Positions 12,289 through 21,550 of a DNA stretch of 64,000 nt are shown here, in pieces (position 1 is the stretch's first letter; each line of letters opens with the position of its first letter). Below the pieces are notes generated by a model. That model saw only the letters and a list, made by a program, of their open reading frames with translations. It was not told the DNA's origin and did not search any database. A program made the translations under genes and the position numbers. Source of the stretch: Candidatus Latescibacterota bacterium (GTDB lineage Bacteria > Latescibacterota > UBA2968 > GCA-2709665). The stretch is from assembly GCA_965203805.1 (NCBI GenBank), contig OZ241917.1, positions 1,216,001 through 1,280,000 on the forward strand, written 5' to 3'.

Positions 12289-12555
12289 GTCGTCGTGTAG
12301 ACACCTCCCCTATGGCTTTCGAGTACTGCCGTCGCCTTGAGCCAACAAATGGCCCATTCGACTCTGTGTAGAACTTTGGGCTTGCCGGACGGCACTGAGT
12401 ACACGACAGCGGTCTACTCGTCGGTGAGCCTAACCACCCCGCGACCGTGTTCCCCGAGACTAGGCCAGCCAACCGCTATCCCACCTTGAGACTTTCATAT
12501 GTAAACTGCACTTCCAAGCCGAAGAATACAAATAAGATATTTATTTACGATTATT

Positions 12556-14378
12556 GAGTCCCCTCCGAGAAGGGGGTTCAGGAAGATTTCGTGTGTAGGT
12601 GTCAGTGTTGTGTATTGAGAGGTCGCGTTGCGTGGTGAAAGTGCATCGGGTTGCGGCCCATCAACACAGAGGCGGTTTACGAGGTTGCTCGCGTGGTTTT
12701 GGGGCAAGGATATGCATAAAAAAGTCGCATCTTATGCGGGGAGCATCGTGGGTGAGGTGAGGTAATTCTGGATCCGAACGAGATTGACCCATAAGCCACG
12801 ACAGTGCGCCCACAGCTGATGTGGCATCAATCCACGATAGCGAGTTTTGCCGTTTCGGGTGTAATAGCTCAACTGGAAGAGGCTGGCTTCGACGTTATTG
12901 CGTCGGTTTCTGATGTGTTCAGGCAGGGCTTCACTCTGTTTGCGTTTGATGTAGTTGTCGATGGCCTGTTCTTTAAAGTATCGGGGTTTGCCATCCATGA
13001 TGAGTTTGTATTTCCCCGGTTTGTATTCTTGGGCAAGCTGCACGGCTTGGGTATTTCGATCCATGACTTCGACGCCTTCTCTTGTTCGTCGATAAATGAA
13101 ACGCCCTGGGGTTCCTTGCAGGCCACTGTAATAGAATTGCTTGTCGTGTTCGTTTGCGTACTCGGCGTTGGATTGATCATTATAGGCCCCATCCATCGAC
13201 ACGTCTCGAACCTGCCCTACCACGTGCTGTGTGCGCCCTACGGCCGCTTGCACAAACGCGTTGTCGGGCGCTGTCGCGGATTTGACGTCAATGTCCGTGA
13301 TCAAATTGAGGCCCTCCTCACCGCAGGTCTCGGTGAGGTTCACACTGTATCCTTTCACCTTCGCTTCCCCTTTCTTACGAAAGGCCGCATCTTCGTCATC
13401 GGGGGACTGCAAGGAGGATGCGGAGATCTCATCAGGCGGCTTGGGAAGCACCTGTTTGGAGGAGGATAAAACCGAATACTGGTCTCCAAAAACACGCGCC
13501 ATCACACCATAGTGATCGCTGTCTTTCTCGGTATAGATCGCTTGAAGCCTGCTCAATAACACACCGTATTCCTGTAGCTTCTCACCTTTTTCAGCACGGG
13601 TGAGACGGTAGACAACCTGATGGGGCTTCACCTTGAGCATTCCGTCCAGAACCTGCCGGTGTTTTCCTGATAATCGCCGCTTCCGGGCCTCGTCCAACGA
13701 TCCCCAGAACCGTTGTAAACAACCCACCACCAACTGCAACCGACAACATAGCGCAATGTTCGAGCCGATTAACTTACTGTCCATTCGGATTTGCTGACCC
13801 AGCACACCAAAGGCGTCGGCCTGCGTCTTCGTTAAGCTGCTAAAGGTCTCGCCAACCAGATCCCGACCGGTTTTCAGTTGATACGCATACAAGGACTGTT
13901 TGAACAGATAATACGTCGACTCCACAGGCGCCTCATCAGACAGATTCATCAACCCCAATGCCCGCATCGCCAGGATATTGAACCGACATTGCTCGAACAG
14001 TTGTGCATCGCTCCACCCGAAGCCCTCCTTCAAGACCATCATCGCCGCCAACTGACGAATCGGGGCATTGGGACGGCCTATGTCGGGATCAAACAACACG
14101 GAAAACACATCCTCGTCGATCTCTGACGTGATGTGCTGGTAAAACAGATTATGCCACGACTTCGGATCATTCAACTGCGCCTGCTTCCGCTGTGTGAAAT
14201 GCGACTCGAAATTCGAAAACAGATCCGGTTGACTGCACGACGCACTCGGCTTATACATCTGTCCTCTCCCACGCTCTCTACAATTGTAATTCTCAATACT
14301 TCATCCTTGCTGACTTTTCACACTTCGAATTTAGTACTTTCACCAGCATAAGTAAATGCGACTTTTCGGAGTGGACTC
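12556..14378 (-). mobile_element. Complete IS element (IS1182/IS5-like), 1823 bp
   Basis: Terminal IRs GAGTCCCCTCCGAGAAG and GAGTCCACTCCGAAAAG (15/17); flanking direct repeat ATTATT at 12550-12555 and 14379-14384. Confidence 0.9.
12732..14258 (-). CDS. DDE transposase (IS1182/IS5-like)
   Basis: DUF772-like N-terminus (GRPNAP...SDAQL), RMDSK, MDGAY, RNNVEAS, KTRYRG. Confidence 0.9.
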   Translation of the reverse strand: MYKPSASCSQPDLFSNFESHFTQRKQAQLNDPKSWHNLFYQHITSEIDEDVFSVLFDPDIGRPNAPIRQLAAMMVLKEGFGWSDAQLFEQCRFNILAMRALGLMNLSDEAPVESTYYLFKQSLYAYQLKTGRDLVGETFSSLTKTQADAFGVLGQQIRMDSKLIGSNIALCCRLQLVVGCLQRFWGSLDEARKRRLSGKHRQVLDGMLKVKPHQVVYRLTRAEKGEKLQEYGVLLSRLQAIYTEKDSDHYGVMARVFGDQYSVLSSSKQVLPKPPDEISASSLQSPDDEDAAFRKKGEAKVKGYSVNLTETCGEEGLNLITDIDVKSATAPDNAFVQAAVGRTQHVVGQVRDVSMDGAYNDQSNAEYANEHDKQFYYSGLQGTPGRFIYRRTREGVEVMDRNTQAVQLAQEYKPGKYKLIMDGKPRYFKEQAIDNYIKRKQSEALPEHIRNRRNNVEASLFQLSYYTRNGKTRYRGLMPHQLWAHCRGLWVNLVRIQNYLTSPTMLPA

Positions 14379-14397
14379 ATTATTTAAATCACATATG

Positions 14398-14488
<91 letters not shown>

Positions 14489-14569
14489 GCTCGAACGCGG
14501 GGTTACGCAGGGTACCCGTACCGGATTGCGACTTCCACCCCCTGCCGCAGCAGCCTGCTCCGTCGCACG

Positions 14570-15046
14570 TTACGGGTCTCTCTGGCGCAATGTTTGGAAG
14601 AACTGTTTCAGAATCCTCGAGCAGGGCGCTTCGAGGACGGCTCTGCGAACGTCGATCCGATGGTTGAGCCTGGGGTCGTCGACCACGTTTCTGAGCGAAC
14701 CGCAGGCGCCGGTCTTCGGATCGTCTGCGCCGATCACCAGCCGGGACACCCGCGCTAGCACCAGCGCGCCGGCGCACATCGCGCACGGTTCCAGCGTGAC
14801 GTAAACGACACAGTCCGCCAGCCACTTCATGCCGGTGCGCGCCGTTGCGGACCGGATGGCCAGCATCTCCGCGTGCGCCGTGGGATCGTTATCCCTCAGG
14901 ACGCGGTTCTGTCCCCGCCCGACAACCTCCCCGTGGCGCAGAATGACCGCCCCCACCGGCACTTCGCCGGCGTTTCCGGCGCCCTGTGCCTCGGCCAGCG
15001 CCAGCTGCATTCCGGCTTCGTCCGCGTCGTTCAATTCGCACACCAA
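14570..15046 (-). CDS. tadA: tRNA adenosine(34) deaminase
   Basis: GEVPVGAV, DPTAHAE, TLEPCAMC, DPKTGACGS, LNH motifs. Confidence 0.96.
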   Translation of the reverse strand: MVCELNDADEAGMQLALAEAQGAGNAGEVPVGAVILRHGEVVGRGQNRVLRDNDPTAHAEMLAIRSATARTGMKWLADCVVYVTLEPCAMCAGALVLARVSRLVIGADDPKTGACGSLRNVVDDPRLNHRIDVRRAVLEAPCSRILKQFFQTLRQRDP

Positions 15047-15157
15047 TCGGGCGGAAATTCACGTACTCAAAGGGTTCCGGATCGGCAGACGAATATACCG
15101 CTTTACCTGTTCTGCGTCAATCATTTTCACTGCAAATCCAAAGTGACAGAGCCGGGA

Positions 15158-16462
15158 TCATGCGCCCAGCTTCATGGCGAAGAACGGGACCAGCATCTCC
15201 CTTTCATGAAGCCCGCCGTGGCGGCCCCCCACGAGGTCGGACGGCATCGCGTCATCGCGGTAGGCGTGGAACAGCGTCGCGCTGCCACGCATCAGAGCCA
15301 GCACGTCGCCGATCCGGCCGGAGAGTCCCGCCGCGCGCGGCCCGTCTCCCCACAGGCCTGCGGCCAGCGCGCGTTCGGTTTCGATAACACCTGCCGCTCC
15401 GCCCAGGCCGGACTCCAGAGCGGCCTTCACGTCCTGTACGTTGCCGTCGCGCACGTGAAAATTCGCCGAACGGGCGGTCCCTGTGGGCGGCGACGCGAGC
15501 CGGTGCTGCAGCCCGTCAATCGCGGCGAGGGGCACGACATCCGCCTCGTCCACCTGAATATGTCCGTGGTCGGCAAGGAGCATGAACACGGCGTTCACGT
15601 CGCGCCCTTCGAGTGGCGAAAGCAACTCTCGTTCAATCGCGTAGCCCAGACTGTGGATCTCTCCCTCGGGTTCTTCGCCCCTGGTGCCGTATTTGTGCTG
15701 GATCGTGTCCATTGTGTCCGTATACAGCCAGATACACGATGGGCGTCCCGGATCCGAGGTCAACATGGTTCGAACCTGGATGAACAGGTCCGATGCGTTC
15801 ACGAACGGAATCACGTCGGTAGCGCCGTCGTACAACATCTCGGACAGGCCGCTGTGCGCCAGCGACCGGTGAATCATGCAATAGGACGCAACGCCGGCCC
15901 CGGTTAACAGCCTGTGCACGGTGGGTACGCCCAGCAGGGCCCGGGCATCTCCGCTGTTGAGCAGCATGCGCCCGAACCGTTCGTCCGCCTCGGGGCTCAA
16001 CCGGATCATATTCGCCACGTATCCTTTGTCCGGCATGTACATCCTGTAACCCGCGACGCCGTGCCCTGCAGGCGGCAGACTCGTATGAAAAGATGACAGC
16101 GCCACTGCCGTGGTGGACGGAAAGACCGACGTGATCGGCACGATCCGACCCCGCTCCGCCATTGTACTGAACCCCGGCACCGGCCCGGAATTCAAGACGT
16201 CCGTGAGCGTGAGATAGCCCAGGGCGTCCACCAGCGCAATCGCCAGTTTCCGGGCGCCCGCCAGTTCGCGCCCCACCACCTCGTCGGCCAGTCCAGGCGA
16301 ACTGACACCGCCGATCCCGAAATGCCGCAGCACCGTGGGCGCAACGTTCGCGACGCTGTATCCGTCGTACGCCGGCCAGATGAACTCAGCGGGCCACGGC
16401 GTTTCGCCGAGCCTGCCGGGCCGCCGCAGGCGCTTCAATACATCGTTCGCAACAGGATTCAT
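15158..16462 (-). CDS. Alkaline phosphatase superfamily (nucleotide pyrophosphatase/phosphodiesterase-like) protein
   Basis: LVDALG, SVFPSTT, DTIQH, LADHGH, GRHGG metal-binding motifs. Confidence 0.88.
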   Translation of the reverse strand: MNPVANDVLKRLRRPGRLGETPWPAEFIWPAYDGYSVANVAPTVLRHFGIGGVSSPGLADEVVGRELAGARKLAIALVDALGYLTLTDVLNSGPVPGFSTMAERGRIVPITSVFPSTTAVALSSFHTSLPPAGHGVAGYRMYMPDKGYVANMIRLSPEADERFGRMLLNSGDARALLGVPTVHRLLTGAGVASYCMIHRSLAHSGLSEMLYDGATDVIPFVNASDLFIQVRTMLTSDPGRPSCIWLYTDTMDTIQHKYGTRGEEPEGEIHSLGYAIERELLSPLEGRDVNAVFMLLADHGHIQVDEADVVPLAAIDGLQHRLASPPTGTARSANFHVRDGNVQDVKAALESGLGGAAGVIETERALAAGLWGDGPRAAGLSGRIGDVLALMRGSATLFHAYRDDAMPSDLVGGRHGGLHEREMLVPFFAMKLGA

Positions 16463-16509
16463 GCCAACTCCGATCCGATGATGCCGCCTACCGGAAAAAA
16501 CAAGGACCC

Positions 16510-16538
16510 ATAATAGACCGCGCCCGGTGTGATGTCAA
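16510..16538 (-). promoter_or_regulatory. Sigma70 promoter for the phosphodiesterase gene (possibly extending to tadA and tRNA-Ser)
   Basis: TTGACA-17 nt-TATTAT on the minus strand. Confidence 0.75.
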
Positions 16539-16639
16539 GCCCGAAACCCCGTTCACGAACGCCATTACAGTGCGGCCCAGTGAACGCGGGAACCGCCAAT
16601 TGCACAGCGTCGGCGAGGACGTCAAACACCGTTTTTTGC

Positions 16640-16668
16640 TTGACACCGCGCGGCCCTTGTGGTAATTT
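16640..16668 (+). promoter_or_regulatory. Sigma70 promoter for tRNA-Asn
   Basis: TTGACA-17 nt-TAATTT ending 24 nt upstream of the tRNA. Confidence 0.7.
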
Positions 16669-16692
16669 CCTCCCGCTTCAGAGTGCCAGGGT

Positions 16693-16768
16693 TCCGGCGT
16701 AGCTCAGCTGGCAGAGCGGGTGGCTGTTAACCACTAGGTCGTAGGTTCGAGTCCTACCGCCGGAGCCA
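16693..16768 (+). tRNA. tRNA-Asn(GTT)
   Basis: TCCGGCG acceptor, AGCTCAG D arm, anticodon loop CTGTTAA, GGTTCGAGTCC, CCA end; 76 nt. Confidence 0.97.
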
Positions 16769-16925
16769 TTTTTCGACCGTCATCGAAGGTGACTTAAAAG
16801 TCTACCCCGAGCCCCGGAGGGCGAGTCCTTCGGGGCCGTGTCGTATCAGGCGCGAAGACGCGTGCAGGACCGATGTTCCGCAACGTCGTCCCTCCAGCCG
16901 GGAGCCGTACATTATTAGCCGCGAC

Positions 16926-17393
16926 ATGCGGTCCGGAGTGAAGCCAATGCCCGCCGGGAAGCCAGCGAAAAACGCGGCAAGGGCCGCCAACAAGCCGGTC
17001 CTCCTCTCGGGCGGAAACCCTCAGATTGCGAAGGCCGACGGGGACGCACCGGTGCAGGCCTATATCACGGCGATGCCGGGCTGGAAGAGCGACGTCGGAC
17101 GCCGCCTCGACGAACTTATCGTGCGCAACGTGCCCGACGTGCGCAAAGCCGTCCGATGGAACTCGCCCTGGTACGGCATCGAGGGCGCGGGCTGGTTCGT
17201 GAGCTGCCATGTATTCACCCGATACGTGAAAGTAACCTTCCTCAATGGCGCGTTGCTGAGACCCGTGCCGCCCGGTTCAGGCAAAGACAGGGACTCGCGC
17301 TGGGTAGACATCCACGAAGGCGAACTCGACGAGACTCAGATGGCTGCCTGGGTCCGGCAGGCGGCCGCCCTTCCGGGATGGCGCGGCTTTTAA
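16926..17393 (+). CDS. DUF1801 (YdhG-like) domain protein
   Basis: LLSGGNPQIAK.DG...V.AYI..MPGWK...KAVRWNSPWYG pattern. Confidence 0.85.
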   Translation: MRSGVKPMPAGKPAKNAARAANKPVLLSGGNPQIAKADGDAPVQAYITAMPGWKSDVGRRLDELIVRNVPDVRKAVRWNSPWYGIEGAGWFVSCHVFTRYVKVTFLNGALLRPVPPGSGKDRDSRWVDIHEGELDETQMAAWVRQAAALPGWRGF

Positions 17394-17497
17394 TTCTCCC
17401 TGAAGTTCGGTTTGTGGGTTGAAACGCTTTCTTCCCGGACGGGCTTCGGGCGGGACCACTCGCTCCTGAATTCACCTCAGAAAGGATTTCCAGATAG

Positions 17498-18196
17498 ATG
17501 ATCAGTTACGGACTTAGACCGACGACTTATGGCCTGACCACCCTGCTCGTGTGTCTCACGCTGTGGAGTTGTGCCGACCCCGAGGTGGGTGAGACGCCTG
17601 CCCCCGATGAATCGTCTGCCAGGGCAGAAAGCCGCACGGCCCTTGTAAATCCGAATCTGGCCCTTGGCGACGAACTCGGCGCGCTCCCTGGGATGACGCC
17701 GGAGCTTGCCGACGCCATTCTGCAGCAGCGTCCATTTCTCAATATGGAAGCGCTGCACTCGGTCGTCACACAGCATGTGAGCCGGGAGGACGCTGAAAAG
17801 CTCTACGCGGGCATGTTTGTTCCGATCGACCTGAACCGCGCCGGCAACCGGGAGATTCGCCTCGTGCCGGGCGTGGGAGAACGCATCGCGCACGAGTTCG
17901 AGGAGTACCGACCGTATACGGCCATTGCCCAATGGGAGCGGGAGATGGGGAAATACGTGAACGACGCGGAGATAGAACGCATGCGGCGATACGTTTTCGT
18001 GCCCATCGATCTGAACACGGCCACCGAAGCGGAGATCCTGTCCATCCCCGGCGTGGGCAATCGCATGGCGCACGAGTTCGAGGAGTACCGACCGTATACG
18101 AACATGGAACAGTTCAGACGTGAGATCGGCAAGTACGTCAATGAAGACGAGGTCGCGCGACTGGAGCGGTACGTAGAAATCCGTCCGCAGGAATAA
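17498..18196 (+). CDS. Putative lipoprotein with ComEA-like helix-hairpin-helix repeats
   Basis: Lipobox-like LWSC; repeats PIDLN.A...EI...PGVG.R.A...EEYRPY with 180-bp period. Confidence 0.8.
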   Translation: MISYGLRPTTYGLTTLLVCLTLWSCADPEVGETPAPDESSARAESRTALVNPNLALGDELGALPGMTPELADAILQQRPFLNMEALHSVVTQHVSREDAEKLYAGMFVPIDLNRAGNREIRLVPGVGERIAHEFEEYRPYTAIAQWEREMGKYVNDAEIERMRRYVFVPIDLNTATEAEILSIPGVGNRMAHEFEEYRPYTNMEQFRREIGKYVNEDEVARLERYVEIRPQE

Positions 18197-18234
18197 GACC
18201 GATCCCGGCAACAGCCGGACCGATTGCGCAAAAC

Positions 18235-18274
18235 AGACCCCGCGACGAAATAGCCGCGGGGTCTTGTCGTATCC
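18235..18274 (+). repeat. Hairpin with conserved tail (REP-like/terminator), copy 1
   Basis: AGACCCCGCG...CGCGGGGTCT stem; GGGGTCTTGTCGTATCC also present at 38642-38658. Confidence 0.65.
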
Positions 18275-18393
18275 AATTATATATCAATATTTTACGCCGT
18301 CATGATCATACTTCCTATTTGTCCGTTCGGCACGTCGCAGTCGAATTCATCCCGTTTTTTGCCGGTACCAACCGTTTTTGTTCGGGCGATTGC

Positions 18394-18681
18394 TTATGTA
18401 TCGACCCTATGTCCTCCTGACCTCTCACGCAGCCGCGCGATCGCGTCCGCAGCGGGTTCTACTTGGGCGGCGTCAATCTGGCGGTTGCCAAGCGCCAGAA
18501 TCTTGAGCAACGCCAACGTCTCCTGTGTTTTTTCAAAGCTGTCGATGTCCTGCAGCACCACCTTGGCTTCGCCATTCTGAGTGATGACCATGGGCTCTCC
18601 CTTTTCACGGAGCGTACTCACGATCTCCGAGGCATGGGCCTTGAGGTAGCTGATCGGCTTGATCTGGGTGGACAGTTTCAT
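18394..18681 (-). CDS. Phd/YefM-family antitoxin, no adjacent toxin
   Basis: IKPISYLKAHA...PMVITQNGEAKVVLQDI. Confidence 0.9.
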   Translation of the reverse strand: MKLSTQIKPISYLKAHASEIVSTLREKGEPMVITQNGEAKVVLQDIDSFEKTQETLALLKILALGNRQIDAAQVEPAADAIARLRERSGGHRVDT

Positions 18682-18699
18682 GAGCACCTCCTTTTCTGT

Positions 18700-18709
18700 C
18701 TAAATTTAG
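18700..18709. promoter_or_regulatory. Palindromic operator upstream of the phd-like antitoxin
   Basis: CTAAATTTAG palindrome just upstream of the RBS; TA operons are typically autorepressed. Confidence 0.5.
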
Positions 18710-18863
18710 TCCATAAACAGGTCAGAATCAAGCATTGATTTTGCTTGTCGTTCGCCAAACTAAGTGCAAGTATATCGAAATCTCACCGGGACGGACACGA
18801 ACTCTTTATTCTGTTCAGGGACTTCGCAATGAGGATCCTTGACCGCGTAAAACCTACTGCGGC

Positions 18864-19190
18864 TTATGATTCGACTCTAATCCGTCCAATCGGGACGGAG
18901 CGGGATTCACGGATAACGATGTCCACGTCACGCCCAAGCGACGTCAGCAGCCGCAAGAGGCGCTCCATGGAATACTCCCGAAAGTCGCCCCGCAGCAGAC
19001 GCGACACGTCGGGCTGAGATAGCCCGAGGAGTTTCGCCGCCTCGACCTGCTTGAGGCCGCGATTGCGAATGATCCTGTCGATCCGTGTAACCAATTCGGC
19101 TTTAAGCAGGTGCACGTCGGCATCCGGAAGCCCCAGATCAGCGAATACGTTTCCGCTGCTGCGTTCGATCTTCACATTGCCGGTCTTCAT
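18864..19190 (-). CDS. HigA-like XRE-family antitoxin
   Basis: SSGNVFADLG...KAEL...Q.EAAKLLGLSQPDVSRLLRG...S.ERL; RBS GGAGG. Confidence 0.9.
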   Translation of the reverse strand: MKTGNVKIERSSGNVFADLGLPDADVHLLKAELVTRIDRIIRNRGLKQVEAAKLLGLSQPDVSRLLRGDFREYSMERLLRLLTSLGRDVDIVIRESRSVPIGRIRVES

Positions 19191-19194
19191 CGAT

Positions 19195-19556
19195 CTAACC
19201 TCCTCCAAAGTTCTCGCTATAGTGTTGTTCTGCCGCTCTAAGTCTCAGCCTGATCAGGTCGATTTCGGGCTTTGGGGTTGTGATACCCCGCCTTGCTTTT
19301 TTTTGGGAGGCATGCAGCACGTAGTCGGCTGCTCTGAATCGGACCGTGTAAACGGCACGGAAAGTATCCCCCTGATGACGTGTGATGACTTCCAGGACGT
19401 TACTTCCCAAGCCTCTGAGCGGTTTGACGTCCCTGTGTCGGAATCCGACCTGTGCCTGATATAGAGCGTAGCCGAAGATACGGCATTCGGGAACGACATG
19501 AGATCCGATTTGCTGGAGCCAATCCATTCGACAGGTCTGGGTTTGTCCGTGGTCAC
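19195..19556 (-). pseudogene. Frameshifted RelE/HigB-like (Gp49/DUF891) toxin
   Basis: N-terminus KPRPVEWIGSSKSDLMSFP in one frame; GYALYQAQ...KPLRG...DTFRAVY...YVLHA.QKK in another; switch near 19480. Confidence 0.85.
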
Positions 19557-19879
19557 GTCTTAATATAGCGAATTCACCATAATTTCGTAAACTGGCGATC
19601 ATACACGCATCTGAATAAGGCGCTATTTGCCGCTTTACGGAACGTGCCAGGCCGATCCAATGCGGTTTCAATCCGGAATTACGGGCTTTCAGATTGAACG
19701 AGACTGTTTTTCCGACAATTTACAAACTTCGCAATTGACCTGAACCCGTTGAAATCATATATAGTTAGTACCCACAGCGACTCCGCGTCTCGTGCGCCGC
19801 CGAGCCTGTCGGATTCTCGGGTCGGTTTACAGACAACGCCCCTTTTGACCGCATTCATCTCCCGCGGAGGTCATCACCC

Positions 19880-21526
19880 GTGCATGAAATCGATTTTCTC
19901 GGGGATCTGATAATCATACTCGGTTCGGCGGTCCTGGTCGCAACGGTTCTACGCCGCGCGGGCATCCCGTCGATCGCGGGACTGATTCTTGCGGGTATGC
20001 TCGCGGGGCCCACGGCGTTGGGCCTGGTGGACGACACGCACCAGGTCGAGATGATGGCCGAGGTCGGCATTGTCCTCCTGCTCTTCGGGATCGGTCTGGA
20101 ACTCTCGCTGAGCCACATGAGGCGCATGTGGAATGCCATCCTGCTGGGCGGCGGCATCCAGGTGGCCGCCACGATCCTGTGCACCGCACTTGCGGCAGGA
20201 TGGTTCGGCATGGCACCGGGGCCCGCGGTGTTTCTGGGTTTTGTTGTCGCGGTCTCCAGCACGGCCATTGTCCTGCGCGGGCTTTCGAGCCGCGGTGAAC
20301 TGGATGCGCCGCATGGCCGCCTGGCTGTAGGCATTCTGATCTTCCAGGACCTGTGTGTGGTTCCGATGATCCTGGCGGTGCCGTTTCTGGCAGGGCAGGA
20401 TGGTACCACGTGGGAAATCGCGGTCGCTGCCGCCACGGGTCTCGCCATTCTGGCGGGTGTGCTTGTTGCAGCCAACCGTACGGTACCCTACATACTCGCA
20501 TTCGTTGCCAGGTCGCGAGAGAGAGAATTGTTTGTACTCACGGTGTTTCTCGTGTGTTTCGGCATTGCTTGGGTCCTGTCGATGGCGGGAATATCGCTGG
20601 CGCTCGGGGCGTTCCTCGCGGGCCTGATCGTCGCCGGCAGCGAGTTTCGTCACCAGGCGATGTCGGACCTGATACCCGTGCGCGAAGCCTTCGCCAGCCT
20701 CTTCTTTGTATCCGTGGGCATGCTGCTGGATGTTTCGGAGGTACTTGCGCATCTGTTGCCGACGCTCGGGCTCTGCGCGATCATTCTCGCCGGAAAATTC
20801 GTCATCGTGCTCGGGATGGGCCTGATCCTCCGGCTTCCGCTCCGCGTCGCAATCCAGTCCGCGGCAACTCTGTGTCAGATCGGCGAGTTTTCGTTCGTAC
20901 TCCTGAACGCGGCTTCCGGAACCGGCCTCCTGGACGCAGCACTGTCCGATAACCTTCTTTTCGCGATCATCCTGTCCATGTTGCTCACCCCCATCGCCAT
21001 CGCCTTCGCCCCTCACCTTGCGCTCGGGGTCACGCGAATTCCGTGGCTCAACCGGATTCTGGATGCCGAGCCCCCCGGGGTCGACACGCACGAACCGAAC
21101 AGCGACCACGTTATCGTCGCCGGATACGGCCGCGCGGGCCGGGAAGTCTGCCACGCCGCCCGGGACGCGGGGTTCGCCTGCGTTGCGGTTGACGTCAACG
21201 TGGACAACGTTCGCAGAGCGCACGCTGCCGGAGACCTGGCGGTGTACGGCGACGTCACCCAGACGGAAGTCCTGGAAGAACTCGGGTGCGGGGATGCGCG
21301 TCTGGTTGTGGTGACGATCAACGACACCCGTGCCACCGAGGTCGCCGTCCGCGCGATCCGGCGCGCGGCTCCTGACACACGGGTTATCGCGCGCACCATG
21401 TACGATATGGACGAGAGCTCATTGCGTGCCGCCGGCGCCACCCGGGTCATCACAGCCGAAGCGACCACCAGCGATGTCGTTGTCGACACGTGTCTCGAAG
21501 AGCTGAAAGCGGTGAGACGGCAATAG
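19880..21526 (+). CDS. Cation:proton antiporter (CPA2, KefC-like) with TrkA-N domain
   Basis: AEVGIVLLLFGIGLE, VSSTAIV, LIFQD, QIGEFSF, VAGYGRAG. Confidence 0.92.
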   Translation: MHEIDFLGDLIIILGSAVLVATVLRRAGIPSIAGLILAGMLAGPTALGLVDDTHQVEMMAEVGIVLLLFGIGLELSLSHMRRMWNAILLGGGIQVAATILCTALAAGWFGMAPGPAVFLGFVVAVSSTAIVLRGLSSRGELDAPHGRLAVGILIFQDLCVVPMILAVPFLAGQDGTTWEIAVAAATGLAILAGVLVAANRTVPYILAFVARSRERELFVLTVFLVCFGIAWVLSMAGISLALGAFLAGLIVAGSEFRHQAMSDLIPVREAFASLFFVSVGMLLDVSEVLAHLLPTLGLCAIILAGKFVIVLGMGLILRLPLRVAIQSAATLCQIGEFSFVLLNAASGTGLLDAALSDNLLFAIILSMLLTPIAIAFAPHLALGVTRIPWLNRILDAEPPGVDTHEPNSDHVIVAGYGRAGREVCHAARDAGFACVAVDVNVDNVRRAHAAGDLAVYGDVTQTEVLEELGCGDARLVVVTINDTRATEVAVRAIRRAAPDTRVIARTMYDMDESSLRAAGATRVITAEATTSDVVVDTCLEELKAVRRQ

Positions 21527-21550
21527 GGAAGAAGGAAGAAGGAAGAAGGA
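21527..21550 (+). repeat. Heptamer tandem repeat (GGAAGAA) x3.4
   Basis: Directly follows the antiporter stop codon. Confidence 0.8.

Noticed and set aside
10780-12300. 506-aa plus-strand ORF, and similar long ORFs at 19949-21223, 32238-33791 and 45327-47285
   Set aside because: Shadow frames opposite well-supported GC-rich genes
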